Source: Oscillospiraceae bacterium (GTDB taxonomy: Bacteria; Bacillota; Clostridia; Oscillospirales; Oscillospiraceae). Taken from it: a stretch of 64,000 bases of DNA. This document shows, one piece after another, positions 1 through 10,511 of this stretch. The number at the start of each line of letters is the position of its first letter. The first letter of the stretch is position 1. The notes beneath the pieces are model-generated. The model did not search any database and was not told where the DNA came from. It was given only the letters and a program-made list of their open reading frames with translations. The DNA lies in contig JAFWFZ010000007.1 of NCBI GenBank assembly GCA_017515345.1, forward strand, positions 3,678 to 67,677. The letters run 5' to 3'. The position numbers and the translations under genes are program-made.

Positions 1-167
1 CGCTTTTTCCCCTCCTCGATCAGGGCGTTCAGGCGCTCCTCATTCTGCTGCTCCTTCGTTTTCTCCTCGCTGCCGGTCCCCTCGCCGCGGAGCTCGGGAG
101 CCGTTTCCTCCTGGGCTTCCCGGCGGCTCTTTGCGCTTTTTTCCCTGCTGTCTTTTTTCTCGGCCAT
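1..167 (-). CDS. rpoD: RNA polymerase primary sigma factor, N-terminal fragment (gene continues past the left edge)
   Basis: My own minus-strand translation from ATG at 167 gives MAEKKDSREKSAKSRREAQEE...EERLNALIEEGKK, a charged region-1.1-type N-terminus. It starts 4 nt after the dnaG stop, the classic dnaG-rpoD order. It is absent from the ORF track because there is no stop in the window. Confidence 0.65.
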   Translation of the reverse strand, partial: MAEKKDSREKSAKSRREAQEETAPELRGEGTGSEEKTKEQQNEERLNALIEEGKK

Positions 168-171
168 GTCT

Positions 172-1965
172 TTATCCTCCATATCCTTTTTTCTCTCTCA
201 GCCTCTGGGCCACCTCCAGCAGGTCGGCCTGTCCGCTGAGCTTGCGTGATCTGATTTTCTCTATGTAATCGGCCATCGCCCGCTCTCCGCCGGCAATGGA
301 CTCGGGTTTGCCCAGTATGACGGTGAGCTGAGCGGCCTCGCTGGGGCTGAGTCCCGCGGCGACTGCCGCAGGGGTGATGGCTGCGCCCTCCCGTTTTCGC
401 CGTTTCAGCTCGTCAAAGAGCTTTGCCAAAAACGGCGAGGTGAACTCCGACGGCTCCAGCGTCCCCGCAGAGGCGAGCAGCGACTGATCCAGCAGGATGA
501 GCCGTATGACTCCCTCCTCTGCCGCGGCGGACTGGGGATCGTCGTAGCGGATGGCCCGGTCCGCAGGCTGGATGTTCGCGGAGACGCGCTGCATCGCCTG
601 CTCCTCCTTCTTTTTCCGGGCGCTGATCCTGCGGCGGAACGCCTTCCTCAGCTCGTTGGCCACCGCCTCCTTCGAGACCCCGGCCGCTTCCGCCACCCTG
701 GCCCCGTATATCTCCCGCTCCACGGCGCTGTCCAGCTCCGAGAGGAGCCCTGTGGCCTCCGCCAGATAAGCGATCCGCCCCTCGTCCGTCTCCAGATCGT
801 GGGCTGCCCGGATCGCAGAGAGCCGGTACTCGATGTGGTTATCGCTCTTTTCCAGCAGGAGGGAAAACGCCTCTGCTCCGCGGCGCCTGATGAAGCTGTC
901 CGGGTCGTCCTTGGCGGGCCGCCCGTCCGCGTCCAGCACGGGATCCCCGTGCTCGTCCGTCACCGGCGGCAGCTTCAGCACCTTGACGCCGATGCCCGTC
1001 TTTTCCAGCACGCCGATGGCCCGCTGGGCTGCCTTGACCCCGGCGGCGTCCCCGTCGTAGGCGATGACCGCGTTTTCGGAGTACCGCTTCAGGAGCCGCG
1101 CCTGCTCCGGCGTCAGCGAGGTGCCCAGGGAGGCCACGGCTCCGTCGAAGCCCGCCTGGTGCAGGGTCACCACGTCGATGTTGCCCTCCACCAGGATGAG
1201 GCGGCCCGACTTCGTCTTTTTCGCCAGGTTCAGGCCGAAAAGCTGCCGGCTCTTGCTGAATACCAGCGTGTCATGGGAGTTGACGTATTTTCTGTCGTCA
1301 TCCCCCAGCGTTCTGCCGGAGAAGCCCACCACCTCGCCCCGCACGTCGATGACGGGGAACATGAGCCGGTCGTGGAATGTGTCGTGCAGGCCGCCGCCCT
1401 TCTGATTGCGGGTGACGAGCCACGCGTCCAGCAGCTCCGCCTGGGAGTAGCCCTTTTTCTCCATGGCGTTCATGAGCCTGTCCCAGCTGTCCGGCGCGGC
1501 GCCCAGGCCGAACCGGGTGACCATCTTCCGGGTAATGCCGCGCTTTTTCAGATAGGCGACGGCCTTCTCCCCCTCCGGGGCGGAGAGGCAGTCGTGGAAA
1601 AAGCGCGCCGCGTCCCGGTTCAGCTCCAGCATCCGCTGGCGGCGGCGCCGGGTCTCCAGCGGCACGTCGTCCTCCGGCACGGTCATTCCCACGCGCTTTG
1701 CCAGCAGCGCCACCGCGTCGCCGAAGCTCAGGTTCTCCATCTCCATGACGAAGTTGACGACGCCGCCGCCCTTGCCGCATCCGAAGCAGTGGTAGATCTG
1801 CTTGTCCTGATTCACGGAAAACGACGGCGTTTTCTCGCTGTGGAAGGGGCAGAGGCCGAACCGGTTGCTGCCGCTTCGCTTGGTGAGGGGCACGTAGGAG
1901 CTCACAACGTCCACAATGTCGCACCGGGCGACGAGTTCGTCCAAAAAGCTCTGCGGGATCGCCAT
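172..1965 (-). CDS. dnaG: DNA primase
   Basis: 597 aa. It has a CHC2 zinc finger (CPFHSEKTPSF...YHCFGCGKGG) and a TOPRIM core (LVEGNIDVV, YDGDAAG). Confidence 0.95.
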   Translation of the reverse strand: MAIPQSFLDELVARCDIVDVVSSYVPLTKRSGSNRFGLCPFHSEKTPSFSVNQDKQIYHCFGCGKGGGVVNFVMEMENLSFGDAVALLAKRVGMTVPEDDVPLETRRRRQRMLELNRDAARFFHDCLSAPEGEKAVAYLKKRGITRKMVTRFGLGAAPDSWDRLMNAMEKKGYSQAELLDAWLVTRNQKGGGLHDTFHDRLMFPVIDVRGEVVGFSGRTLGDDDRKYVNSHDTLVFSKSRQLFGLNLAKKTKSGRLILVEGNIDVVTLHQAGFDGAVASLGTSLTPEQARLLKRYSENAVIAYDGDAAGVKAAQRAIGVLEKTGIGVKVLKLPPVTDEHGDPVLDADGRPAKDDPDSFIRRRGAEAFSLLLEKSDNHIEYRLSAIRAAHDLETDEGRIAYLAEATGLLSELDSAVEREIYGARVAEAAGVSKEAVANELRKAFRRRISARKKKEEQAMQRVSANIQPADRAIRYDDPQSAAAEEGVIRLILLDQSLLASAGTLEPSEFTSPFLAKLFDELKRRKREGAAITPAAVAAGLSPSEAAQLTVILGKPESIAGGERAMADYIEKIRSRKLSGQADLLEVAQRLREKKGYGG

Positions 1966-2001
1966 CTCTGCCTCCTTTCCCGGTTTTGAGCCGGTTTTTT
2001 C

Positions 2002-3036
2002 CTATTTCACCTGCCAGGCCATGGGCAGGTACAGGCCGCTGAAAACGCCCATGGCGTACTTATCCGTCATGCCGGATACATAGTCGCACACCGCCCGCCG
2101 GAGCCCGTCCCGCGCGGCGATGCCGCGGAAATCCTCCGGCAGCTTGTCCGGATGCTCCATGTAATAGCTGTATATCCCGTCCAGGATCCCGAAGACCTTG
2201 CTCTCCTCGCCCTTGGCCTTCGGGTTTTTATAGACGTTTTCATTCATGAACGCGTGGAAGGTGGAAAACACGAAGCTCATCTGCGGGCTCATGCGGATCT
2301 CCCCCGTCCCGGCGCTCTCTGTGAGCACGTCCCGGATGATGGTGTCGATGCGCTCGCTGTACCGATCGCCCAGGGCGCAGGTCACCTCCGGCGGGATGTC
2401 GCCTTCCCGCAGGATCCCCGCGCGGATCGCATCGTCCGCGTCGTGGTTCATATAGGCCGTCCGATCCGCCACCCGGACCACCTGGCCCTCCAGCGTGTCG
2501 GCCGGCGGGTCGTTCGTGTGGCGGAGGATGCCGTTTCGCACCTCGCAGGTGAGATTCAGCCCCGCGCCGCTCTTCTCGATCACATCCACCACCCGCAGGC
2601 TCTGCTCATAGTGGCGGAAGCCGCCCTCCCCGGCCATGAGCTCGTTTAGGGCACGTTCACCGGCGTGGCCGAAGGGCGTGTGGCCCAGATCGTGGCCCAG
2701 GGCGATGGCCTCGGTCAGGTCCTCGTTGAGCATGAGGCCCCTGGCGATGGTGCGGGCGATGCGGGTCACCTCCAGCGTGTGGGTCAGGCGGGTGCGGTAA
2801 TGGTCCCCCTCCGGCTGGAGAAACACCTGGGTCTTGTGCATCAGCCGCCGGAACGCCTTGGAGTGGATGATCCGATCCACGTCCCGCTGGAAGCAGGTCC
2901 GCACGGGGCACTCCTCCTCCGGACGAAGCCTGCCGCGGGACTCGGAGGCCCGCGCCCCGTAAGGCGCGATCATCACCCGTTCGAGTTCTTCCCTCTTTTT
3001 TCTCAGGTCTTCCACACGATCGCCCCCCTTTCTCAT
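2002..3036 (-). CDS. dGTP triphosphohydrolase-like HD-domain protein
   Basis: 344 aa with HD motifs (RLTHTLEV, GHDLGHTPFGH), typical of the Dgt-like family found next to dnaG in Firmicutes. Confidence 0.85.
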   Translation of the reverse strand: MRKGGDRVEDLRKKREELERVMIAPYGARASESRGRLRPEEECPVRTCFQRDVDRIIHSKAFRRLMHKTQVFLQPEGDHYRTRLTHTLEVTRIARTIARGLMLNEDLTEAIALGHDLGHTPFGHAGERALNELMAGEGGFRHYEQSLRVVDVIEKSGAGLNLTCEVRNGILRHTNDPPADTLEGQVVRVADRTAYMNHDADDAIRAGILREGDIPPEVTCALGDRYSERIDTIIRDVLTESAGTGEIRMSPQMSFVFSTFHAFMNENVYKNPKAKGEESKVFGILDGIYSYYMEHPDKLPEDFRGIAARDGLRRAVCDYVSGMTDKYAMGVFSGLYLPMAWQVK

Positions 3037-3104
3037 TTGTATAATACGCCGCCGGTCAGAAAAACCCTTTTGGCATTTCCGATAAATTTTTGGCTGCGCC
3101 GTCC

Positions 3105-3133
3105 TTGTAAAAATGCCGCTGTTATGCTAATGT
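3105..3133 (+). promoter_or_regulatory. Putative sigma-A promoter for trkH-trkA
   Basis: TTGTAA, 17 nt, then TAATGT preceded by TGc (extended -10). It lies about 55 nt upstream of the trkH ATG. Confidence 0.45.
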
Positions 3134-3187
3134 AGAAGCACCGGGCCTGCGCCCGGCACTGTATGGCTTTACGGGAGAACGGATCGT

Positions 3188-4525
3188 ATGCGCATCAAAA
3201 AACGGTTTTCTCATGTCCGGATCATTGCGCTGGGCTACTTTATCATGATCGCGCTGGGCGCTGTGCTGCTCATGCTGCCTATTTCCGCCGCGGACAGGAG
3301 CGCCAGCCCCTTTCTGGAGGCGCTGTTCACCTCCACCTCCGCCTCCTGCGTCACCGGGCTCGTGCTGCGGGATACGGCCACCCACTGGTCCGGCTTCGGG
3401 CAGGCGGTCATCCTTGTGCTCATCCAAATCGGCGGTCTGGGCTTCATGACCATATCCACCTTCTTCTTCCTGTTCATGCGCCGGCAGGTGGGACTGCGCA
3501 GCCGCGCCGTGATGAGCGAGAGCATCAACGTCTCCCACGTGGGCGAGATCATTTCCCTCACCCGGATCATCGTCACGGGTACCGCCGTGACGGAGCTGAC
3601 CGGCGCCGTCCTGCTCTCCATCCGGTTCATCCCCCTCTTCGGTCCGGGCAGGGGGACGTGGCTCAGCATCTTCCACTCCGTTTCCGCCTTCTGCAACGCT
3701 GGCTTCGACCTGATGGGCGGCTACAGCGGGCCGTTCTCCTCCTTCACCGCCTGGGCGGGGGATCCGCTGGTCAACATCACGCTGATCCTCCTGATCCTCA
3801 TCGGCGGCATCGGCTTCCTCGTGTGGGCGGATGTGCTGAAAAACGGGCTGCGCCTGCGGCGCTATTCCCTCCACTCCAAGGTGGTGCTGTCGACGACGGC
3901 GGTCATCACGGTCTGCGGCGCGGCGCTGTTCTGGCTGCTGGAGCGGGGGTACACCGGCGCGGGTCTTTCCACCGGGCAGCAGATCCTTCAGGCGCTGTTC
4001 GCCTCGGTCACGCCGCGCACGGCGGGCTTCAACACCGTGGATCTCGGCGCCATGAACGACGCGTCCAAGCTGCTCACCACCGTATTCATGTATATCGGCG
4101 GCAGCCCCGGCTCCACCGCAGGCGGCGTGAAGACCGCCACCGTGGCGGTGATCCTGTTCTTCGCCGTCTCCCACATGCGGGGCAGCACCTATGTGGGCGC
4201 CTTCGGGCTGAAGATCCCGGAAGACGCCATCAGAAAGGCGCTGGTCGTGGCGTCCTTCAACCTGACCCTGGGCCTCATCGGCAGCATCGTCACTGCCGCC
4301 TCCGGCATCCCCCTGAGCGACTCGGTCCTGGAGGCGTTCTCCGCCATCAGCACCGTGGGCCTCTCCACCGGCGTCACCCGGGACCTTACCGTGATCGGGC
4401 GGATCGTCATCATCCTTCTCATGTACAGCGGGCGGCTGGGGAGCGTCACCTTCGCCACCGCCCTGTTCGAGCGGCGGGCCCGACCGCCCGTCACCGCCCC
4501 GGCGGGCAGCATCACCATCGGTTAA
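3188..4525 (+). CDS. trkH: TrkH/KtrB-family potassium uptake membrane subunit
   Basis: 445 aa and polytopic, with pore-loop-like motifs (TPRTAGFNTVD, GGSPGSTAGGVKT). Confidence 0.9.
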   Translation: MRIKKRFSHVRIIALGYFIMIALGAVLLMLPISAADRSASPFLEALFTSTSASCVTGLVLRDTATHWSGFGQAVILVLIQIGGLGFMTISTFFFLFMRRQVGLRSRAVMSESINVSHVGEIISLTRIIVTGTAVTELTGAVLLSIRFIPLFGPGRGTWLSIFHSVSAFCNAGFDLMGGYSGPFSSFTAWAGDPLVNITLILLILIGGIGFLVWADVLKNGLRLRRYSLHSKVVLSTTAVITVCGAALFWLLERGYTGAGLSTGQQILQALFASVTPRTAGFNTVDLGAMNDASKLLTTVFMYIGGSPGSTAGGVKTATVAVILFFAVSHMRGSTYVGAFGLKIPEDAIRKALVVASFNLTLGLIGSIVTAASGIPLSDSVLEAFSAISTVGLSTGVTRDLTVIGRIVIILLMYSGRLGSVTFATALFERRARPPVTAPAGSITIG

Positions 4526-4537
4526 GGAGGCAGAAAC

Positions 4538-5185
4538 ATGAAATCGTTTCTCATCATCGGAATGGGCTCCTTCGGGCACCACCTGTGCAGGTGCCTGGCC
4601 CAGCGAAAGTGCGACATCATGATCGTGGACAGGCACGAGGAGCGGCTGGAGGATCTGCTGCCCTATGTCGTCAGCGCCAAGGTGGGCGACTGCACCAACA
4701 TCGAAGTGCTCCGCTCCTTCGGCATCCCGGAATTCGACGCCTGCTTCGTCTGCATCGGCAGCAAATTCCAGGACAGTCTGGAGGTCACGAGCCTTCTCAA
4801 GGAGCTGGGCGCGAAAAAGGTCTACAGCAAGGCGGGCCAGGATCTGCAGGCCAAGTTCCTCCTGCGCGTCGGCGCGGACGAGGTCATCTACCCCGAGCTG
4901 GACGCCGCGGAGCGCATCGCTATCAGCGAGAGCTCCGACAACATCTTCAACTGCATCGAGCTGGCCGGCGAGCACCGGATCTTTGAGATCGGCACCCGGA
5001 AAAGCTGGATCGGCAAGAGCATCCGGGATCTGAACTTCCGTTCCAAATACAACCTCTCCATCCTGGCCATCCAGTCCGGCAGCGACCTGAACGTGCTCCC
5101 CTCCCCCGATTATGTGTTCCGCGCGGAGGATCACCCGCTGGTGCTGGGCCACATCAACGACATCGAAAAGGCCATCGGGGACTGA
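4538..5185 (+). CDS. trkA: TrkA/KtrA-family potassium uptake RCK (KTN) subunit
   Basis: 215 aa with an N-terminal Rossmann motif (IIGMGSFG). It starts 12 nt after trkH. Confidence 0.9.
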   Translation: MKSFLIIGMGSFGHHLCRCLAQRKCDIMIVDRHEERLEDLLPYVVSAKVGDCTNIEVLRSFGIPEFDACFVCIGSKFQDSLEVTSLLKELGAKKVYSKAGQDLQAKFLLRVGADEVIYPELDAAERIAISESSDNIFNCIELAGEHRIFEIGTRKSWIGKSIRDLNFRSKYNLSILAIQSGSDLNVLPSPDYVFRAEDHPLVLGHINDIEKAIGD

Positions 5186-5188
5186 GCC

Positions 5189-6010
5189 TTGCGCGATCAG
5201 AGCTGTGCCTCCCGCTATCCCCTGCTCCTGGTCCACGGCGCGGGCTTTCGGGATCTGAAGCGCCCTCTCTACTGGGGCCGGATCCCCGGCGCGCTCACCG
5301 CCCGGGGCGCCGCCGTTTTCTACGGCAGGCAGGACTCCTGGGGCTGCATCGCCGACAACGCCCGGGCGCTGGTGGATCGGATCCGGGAGATCCTTCGGGA
5401 AACCGGCGCGAAGAAGGTTAACATAATCTCTCACTCCAAGGGCGGACTGGAGGCTAGGATGGCCGCCTCCTCCCTGGGCGCGGGGGATCTGATCGCCAGC
5501 GTCACCACCGTCGCCACGCCCCACCGGGGCTCCAAAACCGTGGACACGCTCATGAAGGCGCCCCGCTCGCTGTTCTCCGCAGCCGCCTTCGCGGTGGACA
5601 ACTGGATCCGGGTGGTGGGCGACCGGAAGCCGGATTTTCTCCGGGTCTGCGAGGAGCTGACGACGGAGCGGATGGCGGCATTCAACCGGGCAAACCCCGA
5701 CTGTCCCGACGTGCTCTACCGGAGCTTCGCCTGCGTCATGTCTCACCCGTTTTCCGACATCAATCTCTCCACCGCCAACTACTTCGTGGGGCGGATTGAG
5801 GGGGAAAACGACGGCCTGGTCACGGTGGAATCGGCGCTCTGGGGCGAAGACCGGCGCGTACTCCGATCCGGCGTGATGCGGGGGATCTCCCACCTGGACG
5901 CCATCGACCTGCGGAGAGCGCCGCTGACCCGCAGACCGGCAGATGGAGTTCGGGACATTGTTGAGGTCTATATCGACATGGCCGCGGAGCTGAAGCGCCG
6001 CGGATTATAA
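5189..6010 (+). CDS. Alpha/beta-hydrolase, lipase/esterase family
   Basis: 273 aa with an LLVHGAG oxyanion-type N-terminus and a nucleophile elbow HSKGG. The start is a TTG 3 nt after the trkA stop, so it is uncertain. Confidence 0.7.
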   Translation: MRDQSCASRYPLLLVHGAGFRDLKRPLYWGRIPGALTARGAAVFYGRQDSWGCIADNARALVDRIREILRETGAKKVNIISHSKGGLEARMAASSLGAGDLIASVTTVATPHRGSKTVDTLMKAPRSLFSAAAFAVDNWIRVVGDRKPDFLRVCEELTTERMAAFNRANPDCPDVLYRSFACVMSHPFSDINLSTANYFVGRIEGENDGLVTVESALWGEDRRVLRSGVMRGISHLDAIDLRRAPLTRRPADGVRDIVEVYIDMAAELKRRGL

Positions 6011-6013
6011 AGA

Positions 6014-6047
6014 AAAACCGGATGAAAGTCATCTTTCATCCGGTTTT
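6014..6047. terminator. Bidirectional intrinsic terminator (lipase / sigF convergent)
   Basis: 15-bp stem AAAACCGGATGAAAG/CTTTCATCCGGTTTT with loop TCAT and A/T runs built into both arms. It overlaps the last codons of sigF. Confidence 0.7.
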
Positions 6048-6749
6048 CAGTTTTTCTCTGAGGGCGGTCAGCGCTCTCCGCTCCAGGCGGGATACCTGCA
6101 CCTGGGACACGCCCATGACCCTGGCCGCGGCGTCCTGGGTCATGCCCCGGTAAAAGCGCAGCAGGATGACCATGCTCTCCCTCTCCTGCAATTCTCCGAT
6201 GGCCCGGCGCAGGTCCACATGCTCGATGAGCCGCTCTTCGTCCTCCGGGGAGCGCAGGGTCCTCTCCAGACTGCGTCCGTCCTCCCCCGACTCCTGCTGG
6301 AGCGATTCCGGCGCTGTGACGGCCGTCTCGCAGGAGGCGATATCCTCCGCCGTGAGGCCCGTCTTCTCCGAGAGCTCCGAGAGGGTGGGCTCCCTGCCCA
6401 GCCGCTGCTCCAGGGCGGTGCGGGCGGTCTTCACCTGGTTTGCCCGTTCCTTGAGGGTGCGGCTCACCTTGACCGCTCCGTCGTCCCGGAGGAATCGGCG
6501 GATCTCCCCGGCGATCTTCGGCACCGCATAGGTGGAAAACCGGGTGCCGAAGCCCTCGTCGAAGCCCTGCACCGCCTTGAGAAAGCCCACGCAGCCCAGC
6601 TGGTACAGGTCGTCCGGCTCCGCGCCCCGGCCGAAATACCGGCGCGCGACGCTCCAGATAAGGCCGGTGTTCTCCGCGATGAGACGCCCCGCGGCGTCCC
6701 GGTCCCCGGCGCGCGCCAGCCGGAGGAGGATCTCGTCCGGCGCAGCCAT
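6036..6749 (-). CDS. sigF: Sporulation sigma factor F
   Basis: 237 aa sigma-70 family protein (regions 2-4). It is the third gene of the conserved spoIIAA-spoIIAB-sigF arrangement. Confidence 0.9.
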   Translation of the reverse strand: MAAPDEILLRLARAGDRDAAGRLIAENTGLIWSVARRYFGRGAEPDDLYQLGCVGFLKAVQGFDEGFGTRFSTYAVPKIAGEIRRFLRDDGAVKVSRTLKERANQVKTARTALEQRLGREPTLSELSEKTGLTAEDIASCETAVTAPESLQQESGEDGRSLERTLRSPEDEERLIEHVDLRRAIGELQERESMVILLRFYRGMTQDAAARVMGVSQVQVSRLERRALTALREKLKTG

Positions 6750-6750
6750 C

Positions 6751-7182
6751 TCAGCGGCGGGACGCGATCCGCCGTTTCATGGTCACCGCGGTGCCCCTGC
6801 CGGGGACGGACTTCACCCGCAGGCTGTCCATGAAGCTCTCGATGATGGTGAAGCCCATCCCGCTGCGGTCGTCGCCGCCGGTGGTGAACATGGGCGTCAT
6901 GGCCTTTTCCACGTCCTCGATGCCCACGCCCCTGTCCTTCACGGTGATCTCCACCTCCCCGTCGTCGGAGAGGCGCACCTTCAGCCGGATGCTGCCGTAT
7001 GTATCGGGGTAGGCGTGGACGATGCAGTTTGTTACGGCCTCGGAGACCGCGGTCTTGATATCCCCCAGCTCGTCCATGGTCGGATCGAGCTGGGATACGA
7101 AAGCGCCCACCGCCGCCCGGGCAAAGCCCTCATTGGCGGAGCGGCTGGGAAACTCGGCCTTGAACACGTTCTTTTCCTTCAT
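6751..7182 (-). CDS. spoIIAB: Anti-sigma F factor (serine kinase)
   Basis: 143 aa with GHKL kinase boxes (EAVTNCIVHAY, DRGVGI, GMGFT). Confidence 0.9.
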   Translation of the reverse strand: MKEKNVFKAEFPSRSANEGFARAAVGAFVSQLDPTMDELGDIKTAVSEAVTNCIVHAYPDTYGSIRLKVRLSDDGEVEITVKDRGVGIEDVEKAMTPMFTTGGDDRSGMGFTIIESFMDSLRVKSVPGRGTAVTMKRRIASRR

Positions 7183-7194
7183 AACGATCTCCCC

Positions 7195-7500
7195 TTACGC
7201 GATACTGATGAGCCGCTCGATGCCCGCCGCGTCGATCACCCGCCGGGGCTGGCCCGTGACGCGCTCCACACCGAGCCGCCCGCCGATGTCGTGCATGCGG
7301 CGGTAAGCCTTCAGGATCACGGCGATCCCGGAGGAATCCATGAACGTTAGGCCCCCCAGGTCGATCACGCAGTCCCGGGGCAGGCGGCTGTCGATATAGC
7401 CCTCGATCTCGCCCATGGCCCGCTTTGCCGCGTGGTGATCCAATTCTCCGTCGAAATACAGCCGCAACGCTCTGCCCGCGCAGCTCGCTCTGATCCTCAT
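7195..7500 (-). CDS. spoIIAA: Anti-anti-sigma F factor (STAS domain)
   Basis: 101 aa STAS domain with the phospho-serine motif FMDSSGI and a GGAGGA RBS. Confidence 0.9.
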   Translation of the reverse strand: MRIRASCAGRALRLYFDGELDHHAAKRAMGEIEGYIDSRLPRDCVIDLGGLTFMDSSGIAVILKAYRRMHDIGGRLGVERVTGQPRRVIDAAGIERLISIA

Positions 7501-7514
7501 GGCGTCCTCCGATC

Positions 7515-7553
7515 ATAAAAAATAGCCGCGTACCGAATCGGTACGCGGCTATT
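7515..7553 (-). terminator. Intrinsic terminator of valS
   Basis: Minus strand reads AATAGCCGCGTACCG-ATT-CGGTACGCGGCTATT followed by TTTTTTA (15-bp stem). It ends about 15 nt before the spoIIAA RBS. Confidence 0.75.
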
Positions 7554-7592
7554 GTATGCCAGGTTTTCCGCAAAGGCTGTCGCAAACGGTCG

Positions 7593-10211
7593 TCAGCCCA
7601 GCTTTTTGATGCTCTGCTTCAGGTTTTCGATGAGCGCCTTCGCCTTTTCGGCCTTTTCACGCTCCACGTTCACCACGTGCTCCGGCGCCTTGGACACGAA
7701 GCTCTCGTTCCGGAGCTTCTGTTCCGCCCGCTGGAGGTCGCCTTCCGCCTTCTGCAGCTCCTTCTGCAGGCGCTCCCGCTCCTTATCCAGATCCACCAGC
7801 TCCGCCAGGGGCATATAGAGCTTGGCCTCGTTCGTGACCACACTGACCATGCCGTCCGTATCCGCAAGCTCCTCCTCACGGATATCCAGCTCGCCGGCGT
7901 AGGCCAGCTTGGAGAGGTACACGCGGCCGGCCTCGAACACGTCCCTCTTTGCCGTCACGATGGTGAGCTGGGGATGCTTTGACGGCGGCACCGACATCTC
8001 GGCCCTGCGGGCGCGGACGGCGCGGACGGCAGCCATGATCATCTCAAACCGCGCCTCGTCCTCCGGGAAGGACAGCGCTTCGTCGAATTCGGGATACTTC
8101 TGGATCATCAGCGCCTCCCCGTCGTGGGGGAGGGCCTGCCAGATCTCCTCGGTGATGAAGGGCATGAACGGGTGCAGCAGCTTCAGCGTCTCCGTCAGCA
8201 CATACAGGAGCACCTTCTGGGCGGAGAGCTTTTTCTCCTCGTCGCCGCCGTTCAGCCTCGGCTTCGTCAGCTCGATGAACCAGTCGCAGTAGCTGTCCCA
8301 GATGAAGTCGTAGATCTTGGAGGCGGCGATGCCCAGCTCGAACCTGTCCATGTTCTCGCAGACCTCGCCCACCAGGCTGTTCAGCTTGGAGAGGATCCAT
8401 CTGTCCTCCAGCTCCAGCTTCTCCGGCAGCTCGTTTTTATCGATGGTCAGGTTCATCATCACGAAGCGGCTGGCGTTCCAGATCTTGTTGGCGAAGTTGC
8501 GCATGGCCTCGCACCGCTCTGGGTAGTAGCGCATGTCGTTTCCGGGCGAGTTGCCGGTGATGATGTTGAAGCGCAGGGCGTCGGCGCCGTAGGTTTCGAT
8601 GACCTCGATGGGGTCCACGCCGTTGCCCAGGGATTTGGACATTTTCCGCCCCTGGGAGTCGCGGATAAGGCCGTGGAACAGCACCGTTTTGAACGGCTCC
8701 TGATGCATATGCTCCATGCCGGAGAAGATCATCCGGGAAACCCAGAAGAAGATGATGTCATAGCCCGTGACCAGCACGGAGGTGGGATAGAAGTAGTCCA
8801 GGTCCGGCGTTCTGTCCGGCCAGCCCAGGGTGGAGAAGGGCCACAGCGCGGAGGAAAACCAGGTGTCCAGCACGTCCTCGTCCCTGGTGATGCTCCTGCT
8901 GCCGCAGGCCTCGCAGCAGTCCGGATCCTCCCGGGTGACGGTGACATGGCCGCAGTCGGCGCAGTACCAGGCGGGGATCTGGTGGCCCCACCAGAGCTGG
9001 CGGGAGATGCACCAGTCGTTGACGTTGTTCATCCAGTTGAAGTAGGTCTTGCAGAACCGGTCCGGCACGAAGCGGATCCGCCCGTCCTCCACCACCTTGA
9101 TGGCATCCCTGGCAAGGGGCTTCATCTTCACGAACCACTGGGGGCTGGTGATGGGCTCCACCGTGGTGCCGCAGCGGTAGCAGATGCCCACGTTGTGGGC
9201 ATGCTTCTCGATCTTCACGAGATAGCCGCCCGCCTCCAGATCCGCCACGATGGCCTTGCGGGCCTCGTACCGGTCCATGCCGTCGTACTTGCCGCCGTTG
9301 ATGATACGGGCGTTCTCATCCAGGATGAGCACCTGCTCCAGCTCGTGGCGCAGGCCCACCTCGAAGTCGTTGGGATCGTGGCACGGCGTGATCTTCACGC
9401 AGCCGGTGCCGAACTCCCTGTCCACGTACTCGTCGGCCACCACGGGAATCTCCCGTCCCACCAGGGGCAGCACCAGCGTTTTGCCCACGAGGTGGGTATA
9501 CCGCTCGTCCTCCGGGTGGACGGCCACGGCGGTATCGCCCAGCATGGTCTCCGGCCGGGTGGTGGCGATGACGACATATTCGTCGGAGTCCTTCACGGGG
9601 TAGCGGATGTGCCAGAAATGGCCCTCCTGCTCCTCATGCTCCACCTCCGCGTCGGAGAGGGCGGTGGTGCACTTGGGACACCAGTTGATGATCCGGTTCC
9701 CCTTATAGATCAGGCCCTTTTCATAGAGGGAGACGAACACCTCCCGCACGGCGCGGGAGCAGCCCTCGTCCATGGTGAAGCGCTCCCGGTCCCAGTCGCA
9801 GGAGCAGCCCAGGGTCTTGAGCTGCTCGACGATGCGGCTGCCGAACTTGTTCTTCCAGTCCCACACCCGCTCCAGGAACTTCTCCCGGCCCAGGTCGTAG
9901 CGGGTCAGCCCCTCGCCGCGCAGCGCCTCCTCCACCTTGATCTGGGTGGCGATGCCCGCATGGTCCGTGCCGGGCACCCACAGGGCGGCGTAGCCCTGCA
10001 TGCGCTTGAAGCGGACGAGCACATCCTGCAGCGTCTCGTCAAAGGCGTGGCCCAGATGGAGCTGGCCCGTGACGTTGGGGGGCGGGATGACGATGGTGAA
10101 CGGCTTTTTCTCCGGGTCGATCCTGCCCCTGAAATAGCCGCCCTTCACCCACATATCGTAGATCTTTTTTTCCACTTCCCGTGGTTCGTACACTTTCGGT
10201 AATTCTTTCAT
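7593..10211 (-). CDS. valS: Valine--tRNA ligase
   Basis: 872 aa with class-I HIGH (GQLHLGHAF) and KMSKS motifs and a C-terminal coiled coil. Confidence 0.97.
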   Translation of the reverse strand: MKELPKVYEPREVEKKIYDMWVKGGYFRGRIDPEKKPFTIVIPPPNVTGQLHLGHAFDETLQDVLVRFKRMQGYAALWVPGTDHAGIATQIKVEEALRGEGLTRYDLGREKFLERVWDWKNKFGSRIVEQLKTLGCSCDWDRERFTMDEGCSRAVREVFVSLYEKGLIYKGNRIINWCPKCTTALSDAEVEHEEQEGHFWHIRYPVKDSDEYVVIATTRPETMLGDTAVAVHPEDERYTHLVGKTLVLPLVGREIPVVADEYVDREFGTGCVKITPCHDPNDFEVGLRHELEQVLILDENARIINGGKYDGMDRYEARKAIVADLEAGGYLVKIEKHAHNVGICYRCGTTVEPITSPQWFVKMKPLARDAIKVVEDGRIRFVPDRFCKTYFNWMNNVNDWCISRQLWWGHQIPAWYCADCGHVTVTREDPDCCEACGSRSITRDEDVLDTWFSSALWPFSTLGWPDRTPDLDYFYPTSVLVTGYDIIFFWVSRMIFSGMEHMHQEPFKTVLFHGLIRDSQGRKMSKSLGNGVDPIEVIETYGADALRFNIITGNSPGNDMRYYPERCEAMRNFANKIWNASRFVMMNLTIDKNELPEKLELEDRWILSKLNSLVGEVCENMDRFELGIAASKIYDFIWDSYCDWFIELTKPRLNGGDEEKKLSAQKVLLYVLTETLKLLHPFMPFITEEIWQALPHDGEALMIQKYPEFDEALSFPEDEARFEMIMAAVRAVRARRAEMSVPPSKHPQLTIVTAKRDVFEAGRVYLSKLAYAGELDIREEELADTDGMVSVVTNEAKLYMPLAELVDLDKERERLQKELQKAEGDLQRAEQKLRNESFVSKAPEHVVNVEREKAEKAKALIENLKQSIKKLG

Positions 10212-10288
10212 AACTACGCTCCTGATATCGCGCCCCGCGCCGGTCGGGGCGATTGATGACGATAGGCAAAGCCAAACAATTTCAAAAT

Positions 10289-10317
10289 ATTATACTTTAC
10301 TTATCCCATAAAGTCAA
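10289..10317 (-). promoter_or_regulatory. Sigma-A promoter of valS
   Basis: Minus strand reads TTGACT (10317-10312), exactly 17 nt, then TATAAT (10294-10289). It lies about 75 nt upstream of the valS ATG. Confidence 0.7.
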
Positions 10318-10511
10318 CGCTTTCCCTCAATTTGCGGCGGCCGGCTTATGTCGCCCTCCCCGGGGCCGCCGTCGGGCATTCGGACCTTTTCCCGTTATTT
10401 CCCGACGGGAACTTCCGATCCTGACCTGCGTCCTCCGACAGGAAACGCGGGATGGGACTGCTATGCTCTAGTTACCATAATATTCCAACCCATATCGGAA
10501 GGAGTGGTCCC